Shown here one piece after another: positions 1-8,280 of a stretch of 64,000 bases of DNA. Numbering within the stretch: position 1 is the stretch's first letter; every line of letters begins with the position of its first letter. Origin of the DNA: Bacteroidota bacterium. GTDB lineage: Bacteria; Bacteroidota; Ignavibacteria; SZUA-365. The notes beneath the pieces are model-generated. The model saw only the letters and a list, made by a program, of their open reading frames with translations, had not been told where the DNA came from and made no database searches. A program made the translations under genes and the position numbers. The DNA is taken from positions 399-64,398 of the forward strand of contig QKAF01000079.1 of assembly GCA_003246455.1 (NCBI GenBank), written 5' to 3'.

Positions 1-287
1 GCGCGCAGAACCCGCACGGCGTACTGGTCCTCGGGATGCATGCTCAGAATGAGCACCGGCAGGTCGGGCTGCTCCTTGCGGATTTCCCCGAGAATATCGA
101 GGCCGCCGCGGCCGGGCATGGAGATGTCGAGAATGACGACGTCGTAGCGTTTGCTGAAGATTTTTTCGAGCGCCTCCGTCCCGCTTCCGGCTTCGTCCAT
201 GACGCGCAGTTCTTTGTGCTTGCCCAGGATCTGCTTGAGTCCTTCGCGGAAGAGAACGTGGTCATCGGCGAGAAGAATGCGGATCAT
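1..287 (-). CDS. NarL/UvrY-family response regulator (partial, runs off window start)
   Basis: Not in ORF track. Manual translation from ATG 287: MIRILLADDHVLFREGLKQIL...VILDISMPGRGG...VLILSMHPEDQYAVR. ATGA overlap with the upstream kinase stop. Confidence 0.9.
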   Translation of the reverse strand, partial: MIRILLADDHVLFREGLKQILGKHKELRVMDEAGSGTEALEKIFSKRYDVVILDISMPGRGGLDILGEIRKEQPDLPVLILSMHPEDQYAVRVLR

Positions 288-2293
288 GAGACTGCTCCTG
301 TCTGGTCGAGAGGGATGGTCACCGTCACGGTCGTACCGCGGCCGGGCTCCCCGTGAAACTCGGTCGCGCCGCCCCAGTAATGGGCGCGCTCGCGAATGCC
401 CATCAGTCCGAACGAACGGGGATTGGAAATATTGTCGGAAGTGATGCCGCGGCCGTTGTCCCGCACCTGGAGCATGATCGCCGCTTCGTCGGTCATCAGC
501 GCGATCGTCACCTGGTCGGCCTGCGCGTGCCGCGCGATATTCGTGAGCGTTTCCTGAAAGATACGGAATACGGCGGTGGAACGATCGGCGTCGAGAGAAA
601 TGTCGGGCGGGTCGATGTGCAGGTCGCAGCGGATCCCGGTGCGGCGCTGGAATTCCTCCGCCTGCCATTCGATGGCGGCGACGAGACCGAGGTCGTCGAG
701 CAGGCCCGGACGCAGATCCGAAATCAGACGCTTCACCGACTGTATGGTCACGTCGATGTCCTCGATGATCGCCTGGAACTTCGCTCGCGGCGCGGCGGTG
801 TCCTCCGGCAGGTCTTCGATCAGCAGGCTCAGGTGCAGCTTCAGCGTCGTGAGGTTCTGTCCGAGTTCGTCGTGAATCTCCCGGGCGATGCCCTTGCGTT
901 CCTCTTCGCGCACGGTCTGCAGGTGACGCGACAGGTTGCGGAACAGCTCCTGCGAATGCACCAGTTCCTCCTCCGTGCGGCGGCGCACCTGCACCTCCTC
1001 CTCGAGCTGCTGCGTATGCGACTTGATCTTGTCGGCCATGGTGTTGAAGGTCTGTGCGAGAAGGCCGATTTCGTCGCGCGCGCGCGGCGCCGCACGGTTG
1101 TCGAGATCGCCGCGGCCGAAACGTTCGGTGACTTTCGTGAGCGCCTGAATGGGACGCGAGATCGTCTGCGATATGCCGAAACCGAGGCCCACGGCGAAGA
1201 GCAGGATGATCAGACCGCTGAGGATCAGCTGCTCGCGCAGTGTGTACACGGAACGGAACGCCTCGATTTCATCGATTTCCGAGAGCATCACCCAGCGAAG
1301 GTCCGGGATATTCAGCGGCGCGAAGGAACTGAGCACGCGCACGCCGCGGTAATCGAGCACGTTGCGGGTGTCGGTCAGCCCGCTGAGCGCGGCTTCCGTC
1401 GCCTCGGTCCGCACCTCCTGCAGCAGCACGGACGTCCGGTGATTGCGGATGGCGCGAATGACGGAGGAGTCCGTCCCGACGCGCGAGAGCGTGCGGTAAT
1501 ACGCCTGCGGCTGTTCGATGAAAAAGCGCGAGTCGTTGCGCATGCGGTGATCGGTGCCGACGATGTAGGTTTCGCCGCTCTGGCCGAATCCTTCGCTCTG
1601 CCAGTTGCTGTTTTCCGTCATCACGGTGTTGATGTCGTCGATGGAAATCTGGAAAATCAGCACCGCCAGCATGCGGTCGCCGTCGTACACCGGGGAGGCG
1701 ACGAATGCGGCGGGCGTGAAGCCGGAAGGACGGTACGGCTTGAAATCGACGAAACGGGCGAACTGCCGGTCGGTGGACGCCGCCGCCGCGCGGTAAACCG
1801 CCGCGATGTTGGACTCGCGATAGGGTCCGCTGCGCAGGTTGGTGCCGAAATCCGCCTCCTGTTTCACGGCATAGGCGACGTCGCCTTCGGGAGTGACCAG
1901 GAAAATGTCGTAATACCCCTGCTGTTCGAGATGCGCGCGGATGTCGCGGTCATACGAGGCCATGGCGCTGTCCCGCCCGGGGGACGAGGCTGCCAGGAGT
2001 CTCGCCGCGCGGATAATGAGCTGATCGTTGGAGTAGGCGATGACGTCGCTGCGAATCCGTTCGAAATAGAACTCGATCTGCCGCCGGCGGGACTCCCGGA
2101 CCGCCGTCAGGCGCTGAAACGTCACTTCCTCGAGCGCGGTTCGTGCGTTTTCATAGGCCTGCCAGCCGGTGATGAAAATGGAAATGAACCCGATCGAAAC
2201 GAAGGAGAGCTGGAGTTTGGTCTTGAGTTTGGTCGCGGGGAATTTCACTACGGAGCAGGGAGAGAGTGATCGCAGGTTGTGGCGTTGAGGCAA
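284..2293 (-). CDS. Sensor histidine kinase (Cache-like periplasmic domain, HAMP, HisKA_3, HATPase)
   Basis: Two TM segments, HAMP (DEIGLLAQTFNTM), H-box IAREIHDELGQ, ETLTNIARHA, DNGRG, GLMGIRERA. True start may be GTG 2248. Confidence 0.9.
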   Translation of the reverse strand: MPQRHNLRSLSPCSVVKFPATKLKTKLQLSFVSIGFISIFITGWQAYENARTALEEVTFQRLTAVRESRRRQIEFYFERIRSDVIAYSNDQLIIRAARLLAASSPGRDSAMASYDRDIRAHLEQQGYYDIFLVTPEGDVAYAVKQEADFGTNLRSGPYRESNIAAVYRAAAASTDRQFARFVDFKPYRPSGFTPAAFVASPVYDGDRMLAVLIFQISIDDINTVMTENSNWQSEGFGQSGETYIVGTDHRMRNDSRFFIEQPQAYYRTLSRVGTDSSVIRAIRNHRTSVLLQEVRTEATEAALSGLTDTRNVLDYRGVRVLSSFAPLNIPDLRWVMLSEIDEIEAFRSVYTLREQLILSGLIILLFAVGLGFGISQTISRPIQALTKVTERFGRGDLDNRAAPRARDEIGLLAQTFNTMADKIKSHTQQLEEEVQVRRRTEEELVHSQELFRNLSRHLQTVREEERKGIAREIHDELGQNLTTLKLHLSLLIEDLPEDTAAPRAKFQAIIEDIDVTIQSVKRLISDLRPGLLDDLGLVAAIEWQAEEFQRRTGIRCDLHIDPPDISLDADRSTAVFRIFQETLTNIARHAQADQVTIALMTDEAAIMLQVRDNGRGITSDNISNPRSFGLMGIRERAHYWGGATEFHGEPGRGTTVTVTIPLDQTGAVS

Positions 2294-2465
2294 ACATACG
2301 GCCTCCGGCCCTCAGAATCCACCGGCGGGAACCCGGTGTCCGGCGCGGGTTCCGAAACGGCTGCGAGCGCGCCGTGTCAGAAGGCCGCGGAATCCTTTTT
2401 TCCCCTTCAAACATCCCATGCATATTGATACTGAATTCGTCATTCAAGAAAGGATAATCGCAGTC

Positions 2466-2876
2466 ATGGAAATGAAAATCGTCTTCCCGGGAAACAAAAA
2501 AGTCGACGCCCTCTACAACGGATTCCGCATCAGCACCGATCAGCCCGCATTCGGCGGCGGCGACGGCACCGCCCCGGCGCCCTTCGACCTGTTTCTCGCC
2601 TCGCTCGGCACATGCGCGGGCATCTACGTCCTGGGCTTCTGCCAGCAGCGCGGCCTGCCCTCCGAGGGGATCGAACTGACACAGAAACTCGAATTCGACC
2701 CGGTACGGCGCATGGTCAGCAAGGTCAATCTCGAAATCAGCGTGCCCCCGACGTTCCCCGAAAAGTACCACGAAGCGCTGGTGAAGTCGGCTTCCCTCTG
2801 CGCGGTGAAAAAACACATGGAAACGCCGCCTGCCTTTGACATCTATACGACGGTGAAGGAAGACGCCACCGCCTGA
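2466..2876 (+). CDS. OsmC-family protein
   Basis: TDQP..GG...AP.PFDLFLASLGTC and second Cys in LCAVK. SD-like AAGGA upstream of ATG 2466. Confidence 0.85.
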   Translation: MEMKIVFPGNKKVDALYNGFRISTDQPAFGGGDGTAPAPFDLFLASLGTCAGIYVLGFCQQRGLPSEGIELTQKLEFDPVRRMVSKVNLEISVPPTFPEKYHEALVKSASLCAVKKHMETPPAFDIYTTVKEDATA

Positions 2877-2906
2877 CACACGCATCGGCATCGCGTGTTG
2901 AAAGCA

Positions 2907-2944
2907 GGGAAGCTGTCCGGTTTCAGGACAGCTTCCCCTTTTTA
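2907..2944 (+). terminator. Intrinsic terminator after osmC-like gene
   Basis: GGGAAGCTGTCC-N7-GGACAGCTTCCC stem followed by T-tract. Confidence 0.8.
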
Positions 2945-2967
2945 TGGGTACGGGATGCCCTTCCACA

Positions 2968-2996
2968 TTGCATCGCCGCTCCCTTCCGCCTATATT
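2968..2996 (+). promoter_or_regulatory. Sigma70-like promoter
   Basis: TTGCAT-N17-TATATT upstream of ATG 3034. Confidence 0.5.
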
Positions 2997-3033
2997 ATTT
3001 CCTGCACCATGCATTGTTATCACGGAGCAAACC

Positions 3034-3291
3034 ATGGGTCTTCTGGGCTGGATCATCCTCGGCGGGATTGCCGGCTGGATCGGGAAAACGGTCACCGGCA
3101 TCGGCGCGGAGAAAGGCTGTCTCTTTTCCGTCGTCATCGGCGTCATCGGCAGTGTCGTGGGAGGACTGCTGTTCTCCTGGCTGGGCGAGGAATCGGTGAC
3201 CGGATTCAATCCCTGGAGTCTTTTCGTCGCCACCGTGGGCGCAATCGCCTTTTTATGGGTCGCCAGTCTCCTCGGCGCCGGGAAGAAATGA
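3034..3291 (+). CDS. GlsB/YeaQ/YmgE (transglycosylase-associated) small membrane protein
   Basis: MGLLGWIILGGIAGWIG...IGVIGSVVGG...SLFVATVGA pattern. GGAG SD before ATG 3034. Confidence 0.9.
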   Translation: MGLLGWIILGGIAGWIGKTVTGIGAEKGCLFSVVIGVIGSVVGGLLFSWLGEESVTGFNPWSLFVATVGAIAFLWVASLLGAGKK

Positions 3292-3401
3292 CCTCTCCCG
3301 GCGGCAAGGATTCGTGATAAATTTCTCCGTATATTTCGAAGTATACCGGAGTATACCTGGGAGACTACAGTACCTGTTCTGCGCAAATTGAGGAGTTGTT
3401 T

Positions 3402-4493
3402 ATGAAGAATCTCAAGATCACAAAAGCCGAACAGTCCCGCATGAGCGGTATCGATTACAGCAATCTCGGCTTCGGAAAATTTTTCTCCGACCACATGTTC
3501 GTCGTCGATTATGCCGACGGCGCCTGGGGCGACCCGCGTATCGAGCCGTACGGCGCAATGGACATCGAACCCGCGAACTGCACCCTGCATTACGGACAGA
3601 CGATTTTCGAGGGCATGAAGGCATACCGTTCGGCAAAGGGCGGCGTGAACCTCTTCCGCCCCTATATGAATGCGAAACGCATGAATAATTCCGCGGTGGC
3701 CGTGTGTATTCCGACCATCGACGAAGAGATTTTTGTCGACGGCATCCGCGAACTGATCGCGATCGATCACGAGTTCATTCCGAAGGAACGCGGCCATTCC
3801 CTCTATCTCCGGCCGTTCGCGTTCGGGACGGGGAATTTCCTCGGCGTTCAGGCATCGTCGAAATACCGGTTCATGGTGATTACCTCCCCGGTCGCCTCGT
3901 ACTATGCCGAAGGACTCAACCCGGTGCGCATCAAGGTCGACGAGGAGCATATCCGCGCCGTGCGCGGCGGACTCGGCCAGGCGAAAACCGCGGCCAACTA
4001 CGCCGCTAGCCTCTACGCCGGCATGCAGGCGAAGAAAGAGGGCTTCGCGCAGGTGCTCTTCCTCGAAGCGGTCACCCGCAACTTCGTCGATGAGATCGGC
4101 GCGATGAATATCATGTTCGTCATCAACAACGAACTGATCACGCCGCCGCTCACCCAGGGCTCGATCCTGCCGGGCATCACACGCGATTCGGTCCTCCAGC
4201 TCGGACGCGACTGGGGCATGAACGTTTCCGAGCGTTCCATCGGCGTCGACGAAATTCTGGAAGCCCATCGCGCGGGAACACTCACCGAGGCGTTCGGAAC
4301 CGGTACCGCCGCCGTCATCTCCCCCGTGGGAGAATTCGTGTACCGTGGCGAATCCCTGGTCATCAACGACCGGAAGATCGGCCCCCTCGCTCAGAAATTC
4401 TACGATACGCTCACCGGCATCCAGTACGGGGAACTCGACGATCCGAACGGCTGGATCGAGAACATCAAAATCGAAGAGGCAGTGAACGCCTGA
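3402..4493 (+). CDS. ilvE: Branched-chain amino acid aminotransferase
   Basis: LHYGQTIFEGMKAY, LYLRP, AKTAANYA (PLP Lys), ILPGITRDS, GTGTAAVISPVG. Confidence 0.95.
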   Translation: MKNLKITKAEQSRMSGIDYSNLGFGKFFSDHMFVVDYADGAWGDPRIEPYGAMDIEPANCTLHYGQTIFEGMKAYRSAKGGVNLFRPYMNAKRMNNSAVAVCIPTIDEEIFVDGIRELIAIDHEFIPKERGHSLYLRPFAFGTGNFLGVQASSKYRFMVITSPVASYYAEGLNPVRIKVDEEHIRAVRGGLGQAKTAANYAASLYAGMQAKKEGFAQVLFLEAVTRNFVDEIGAMNIMFVINNELITPPLTQGSILPGITRDSVLQLGRDWGMNVSERSIGVDEILEAHRAGTLTEAFGTGTAAVISPVGEFVYRGESLVINDRKIGPLAQKFYDTLTGIQYGELDDPNGWIENIKIEEAVNA

Positions 4494-4537
4494 CGAGATC
4501 CGATTCGCGGCGTCTCCATACACCTTGCCTGTTTATT

Positions 4538-4567
4538 CGAAGGGCGGATTCATGAATCCGCCCTTCG
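4538..4567. repeat. REP-like perfect palindrome
   Basis: CGAAGGGCGGATTCATGAATCCGCCCTTCG, 30-bp perfect inverted repeat in an intergenic gap. Confidence 0.65.
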
Positions 4568-4577
4568 TCGTACATGC

Positions 4578-4606
4578 TTGATACCGCGGTGGTGAATGGA
4601 TATATT
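4578..4606 (+). promoter_or_regulatory. Sigma70-like promoter
   Basis: TTGATA-N17-TATATT. Confidence 0.55.
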
Positions 4607-4647
4607 CCGCGCATCCCCACATCCGCTCCACAGTCCCGAGGTGTCCC

Positions 4648-5055
4648 ATGCTGCAACGCATACTGATCGCGACGCTGGCCGTGTTTGTCGCCTGGCAGAT
4701 TCTCGATTTCGTGATCCACTCCATCATCCTGACGAAGATGTACGAAGAGACCGCGCATCTCTGGCGGCCGATGGAGGAGATGAAATGGACGGCGATGTAT
4801 ATCCAGTCGCTCATTTCCGCGTTCTTCTTCACCGCGATTTACGGATGGCTCGTCAGGCCGAAGAATCTGAAGAACGGCCTGCTGTACGGCCTGCTGTTCG
4901 GTCTCGCCACCGGCGTGGCCATGGGGTACGGAACCTACTCCTTCATGCCGATCCCGTATTACATGGCATTCGGCTGGTTCCTCGGAAGCACGGTCGAAAG
5001 CACGATCGCCGGACTGCTTCTCGGCGTCATTATCAAGGATGAGACGGCGGCCTGA
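4648..5055 (+). CDS. Conserved 4-TM membrane protein (DUF1761-like, uncertain)
   Basis: 135 aa, four hydrophobic segments, GAGGT SD. Confidence 0.7.
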   Translation: MLQRILIATLAVFVAWQILDFVIHSIILTKMYEETAHLWRPMEEMKWTAMYIQSLISAFFFTAIYGWLVRPKNLKNGLLYGLLFGLATGVAMGYGTYSFMPIPYYMAFGWFLGSTVESTIAGLLLGVIIKDETAA

Positions 5056-5794
5056 GCCGTTCGCGCAATCCCATCTCCCCGATTATCGCCCGCATCAGTT
5101 CCGTCGCCCTGCCGCGGAGAAAGATATCCGACACGCGTCCCGTATAGTTGGAGGGCTCGGTATTGATTTCGATGACCGTGGCGCCGCGGCGCTTCGCCTC
5201 CTCGGGAATGAGGCAGGCGGGCATGACTTCGCCTGTGGTGCCGATCAGGAGAAACACGTCGGCCAGCTCCGCCTCCGCAAACGATCGCCGGTTGGCCGCC
5301 TCGGGGATCATTTCCCCGAAAAAGACGAAGTCCGGCTTGTACACTCCGCCACAGGGACAGTGCGGCGGGAGGACGGCGAGGTCCACGTCGCGCGCCGCCC
5401 GGCGCTCGCCGCAGGCGAGGCAGAGCAGCTGCCGGGAACTGCCGTGGAACTCGAACACCGTGCGGCTGCCCGCCTCCTGATGAAGGTTGTCGATGTTCTG
5501 TGTGATCAGCGCTTTTACGATTCCCTCCTCTTCCAGGATCGCCAGCGACCGGTGCGCGTCGTTCGGCCGCGCCGTACCGAAGAAATCATAGAAGATCTCC
5601 TTGATCACGCGCCATGCGGCCTCGGTGTTGCGATGGAAGTATCCGATATCCAGGCATTGCGGATCATACCGGCTCCAGAGTCCGTCCGCACCGCGGAACG
5701 GGGGAATGCCGCTCTCGACGGAAATTCCCGCACCGGTGAATGCGGTGACATGGCTGGCGCTGCGGAGGATTCGGGCTGCGGCGGTGATGGACAT
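5033..5794 (-). CDS. cobB: NAD-dependent protein deacylase (sirtuin)
   Basis: TGAGISVESGIPPFRG, ITQNIDNLH, HGS, CxxC..CxC Zn ribbon, KPDFVFFGE. Confidence 0.93.
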   Translation of the reverse strand: MSITAAARILRSASHVTAFTGAGISVESGIPPFRGADGLWSRYDPQCLDIGYFHRNTEAAWRVIKEIFYDFFGTARPNDAHRSLAILEEEGIVKALITQNIDNLHQEAGSRTVFEFHGSSRQLLCLACGERRAARDVDLAVLPPHCPCGGVYKPDFVFFGEMIPEAANRRSFAEAELADVFLLIGTTGEVMPACLIPEEAKRRGATVIEINTEPSNYTGRVSDIFLRGRATELMRAIIGEMGLRERLRPPSHP

Positions 5795-5804
5795 GCGCTG
5801 TTCC

Positions 5805-6524
5805 TCAGTTCGTGCGTGGATCTGCGTTCAGCGCCTGAAGCACGGCATGGCGGTAGTTTCGACCGATCGTCAGCTCATGCCTGCCGATATCCACACTGGT
5901 GGCGGTGAACGCGTCGATGTGGTCGACGGAAACGATGATGGACCGGTGAATGCGAAGGAATCTCGGGGAGGGGAGCAGCGCCTCGAGCGACGCCATCGAA
6001 ACACGCGCAGTGACGCTCCGATTCCCGGTATGGACGGTGACATAATCGCCGGCACTTTCGGCGTAGCGAATCTCCCTGAGGGGGAGCTTGTGCACCTTGC
6101 GATCCGCCCGGAGTGTGATAAAGGCTTCCCCGGCGTCAGCGGCGGGCTCGCCTCCCGCGGCTCCGGCGGGACGCTGATCGTAGTATTTCTGTACGGCGCG
6201 GAGAAAGCGATCGAAGGGGATGGGCTTCAGGAGATAATCGATCACGTCGAGCTCGAAGCCGTCGACCGCATAGTCCCGATGCGCGGTGGTGATGATCGTC
6301 GCGGGCGGCCGCCGCAGCGACCGCAGCAGGCTGAGTCCGGTGAGTCCCGGCATTTCGATATCAAGGAATAACAGGTCTGTATCTCCTTTCTGGAGATGCG
6401 CGAACGCTTCCTCCGCCCGCGCGCATCGTCCGGCGAGCTGCAGTGTTTCGACGCGCGCGATATGCTGTTCGAGCACATCGAGCGCCAGGGGCTCGTCGTC
6501 GACGATCAGGCAGCGTGTCATCAT
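5805..6524 (-). CDS. LytTR-family response regulator
   Basis: MMTRCLIVDDEPLA, FLDIEMP, DYLLKP, LytTR motif FLRIHRSIIV. ATGA overlap with the kinase; the ORF-track N-terminal extension is spurious. Confidence 0.93.
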   Translation of the reverse strand: MMTRCLIVDDEPLALDVLEQHIARVETLQLAGRCARAEEAFAHLQKGDTDLLFLDIEMPGLTGLSLLRSLRRPPATIITTAHRDYAVDGFELDVIDYLLKPIPFDRFLRAVQKYYDQRPAGAAGGEPAADAGEAFITLRADRKVHKLPLREIRYAESAGDYVTVHTGNRSVTARVSMASLEALLPSPRFLRIHRSIIVSVDHIDAFTATSVDIGRHELTIGRNYRHAVLQALNADPRTN

Positions 6525-7609
6525 CGGTCCTCCCGCGTCGGGATGGTGAGGGTTTTTATCGTCATCGTCACTTCGAAGGCCGCGCCCGCGCGGGCGGCGT
6601 GAAAGGACGCCGCACCGGGATACAGCATGGCGAGGCGCTCGCGCACGTTGTTCAGGCCCAGACCCTGCGGATCGTCGCCGTCCATGTCGGACGCACTGTC
6701 CCCGGGCAGGGAATTTCTCACGGAAAACGAAATTTCTCCCGTTCGGCAGATCAGGCTGATATCCACCCACGCCTCGCCGCTGCTGCGGCTCATGCCGTGT
6801 TTGAAGCTGTTCTCCACCAGCGGGAGGAAGAGCAGCGGTGCGATGTTCTGCGCGGCATGAATTTCACGCCGGAACGCAATGCGCGCATCGGCGCCAAAGC
6901 GCATGCGTTCGAGGTCGAGATAACTGTCGATCAGTTCCGCTTCGCGTTCGACCGAAACTTCCTCCGCCCGGCTTTCATACAGCATGTAGTCGAGCAGGGC
7001 CGACAGCTTCAGGACGACCTCGGAGGCCTGATCCGATTTTTTCAGCGTCAGGGCGTACAGGTTGTTGAGCGTATTGAAAAGAAAATGCGGATGGACCTGG
7101 GCGCGCAGGGCGGAGAGTTCTGCCTCGAGGCGCTGGCGCTGCAGCTGCTCGCCGCGGCGCTCGGCTTCGAACCAGTGCCGAAGCAGCGTCAGCACGACGG
7201 CGATGAGCGTCACGCCGAACACGCCGGCGGAAAGAAGGATCAGGTCGACGGCGCTGCGAGGAGGGACGTATCCCTCGATGGGCGGCAGCGCTGCGGTGCC
7301 GGTCACCAGGGGAAGAAAGAACATCGTATGGAGAAAGATGACACCGAGCACCGTGTACAGGACGAGCTGCACGAGCTGCGCATAGCGCCGCGGATACAGC
7401 GCACGGGGAAGGGTCACAAAGAGAGTGAAGTAGACGGAAGCGAGGTAGATCGGAAACGTCCAGGCGAGGATGAACGCCGCCGCGGTCGTGTTGCCGAACA
7501 GCCGTCGCCAGAGAAGCAGCATCAGCCCCATCGAAAAAACCCAGAACAGCAGGTGCTCCAGAATGCGCCTGGGCGAAGGGATGTGGGCGGTGTGTCTGTC
7601 GCCGGTCAT
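6521..7609 (-). CDS. LytS/YehU-family sensor histidine kinase
   Basis: Multi-TM N-terminus, ALRAQVHPHFLFNTLNNLY, PLVENSFKHG, GLGLNNVRERL. Confidence 0.93.
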   Translation of the reverse strand: MTGDRHTAHIPSPRRILEHLLFWVFSMGLMLLLWRRLFGNTTAAAFILAWTFPIYLASVYFTLFVTLPRALYPRRYAQLVQLVLYTVLGVIFLHTMFFLPLVTGTAALPPIEGYVPPRSAVDLILLSAGVFGVTLIAVVLTLLRHWFEAERRGEQLQRQRLEAELSALRAQVHPHFLFNTLNNLYALTLKKSDQASEVVLKLSALLDYMLYESRAEEVSVEREAELIDSYLDLERMRFGADARIAFRREIHAAQNIAPLLFLPLVENSFKHGMSRSSGEAWVDISLICRTGEISFSVRNSLPGDSASDMDGDDPQGLGLNNVRERLAMLYPGAASFHAARAGAAFEVTMTIKTLTIPTREDR

Positions 7610-7650
7610 GCGTCAATGTATCGAAATGCCGCGAATGATGGAGACTTCTG

Positions 7651-7702
7651 CGATGAATGTCCGTTTTTTTGTGACGGATGTCGGCACGGCGTCGACGAAC
7701 GC
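7651..7702. promoter_or_regulatory. Three putative LytTR binding boxes
   Basis: Imperfect 10-bp direct repeats CGATGAATGT / TGACGGATGT / CGACGAACGC starting at 7651, 7672 and 7693 (21-bp period). Confidence 0.65.
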
Positions 7703-7861
7703 CGCCGATGCGCCGCACCCTGCGGCCCGGGGTCGCTTGCCATGCATCCGCCGCAATTTCCCCCATTCCCCTTCGCACGGTCCTAGCTTGTGTTCCGTGC
7801 GCCGCAGCGTGTTCCTCGCGACGGCGCGATCCGATCCATTTACAGGCAGACGGAGGTAGTC

Positions 7862-8236
7862 ATGGTACAGTTTCTTTTCACCGGGGGGCCGTTCATGTGG
7901 GCGATCCTCGCAATCGGCATCGTCATGCTGCTCTCGACCGCGCGCAGTCTTCTGCATCTGCTGCAGGGCGCGGGTGCATCCCGTTCGCGCGTCAATACCA
8001 TCGTCTATCTCGGTATCACCGCGTTGGTGACCGGGGTATTCGCCCAGATGCTGGGACTCTACAGCGCCGCGGGAGAAATTCTGCGTGCGACGGATGTCTC
8101 TCCCCGCATCATGGCCGAGGGTTTATACGTCAGCTTCAACACGACGCTGTTCGGGCTCGCCGTGCTGTTTTTCTCCCTGCTGTTCTGGCTGATCCTGCGC
8201 GGGGTGCGGGAACGTGGAAACACGGCGGCGGGCTGA
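7862..8236 (+). CDS. Small MotA/TolQ/ExbB-like membrane protein
   Basis: GGPFMWAIL N-terminus, ..SPRIMAEGLYVSFNTTLFGL, three TM segments. GGAGG SD. Confidence 0.7.
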   Translation: MVQFLFTGGPFMWAILAIGIVMLLSTARSLLHLLQGAGASRSRVNTIVYLGITALVTGVFAQMLGLYSAAGEILRATDVSPRIMAEGLYVSFNTTLFGLAVLFFSLLFWLILRGVRERGNTAAG

Positions 8237-8280
8237 GATGCGCCCGCACGCCGTGCCACGGGGAAGGAATGGGATCCTCG

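Noticed and set aside
2151-4523. 790-aa - strand ORF and similar long shadows (353-2269, 7678-9534, 22565-24238, 51437-53194)
   Set aside because: Each overlaps genes with clear family motifs on the opposite strand.
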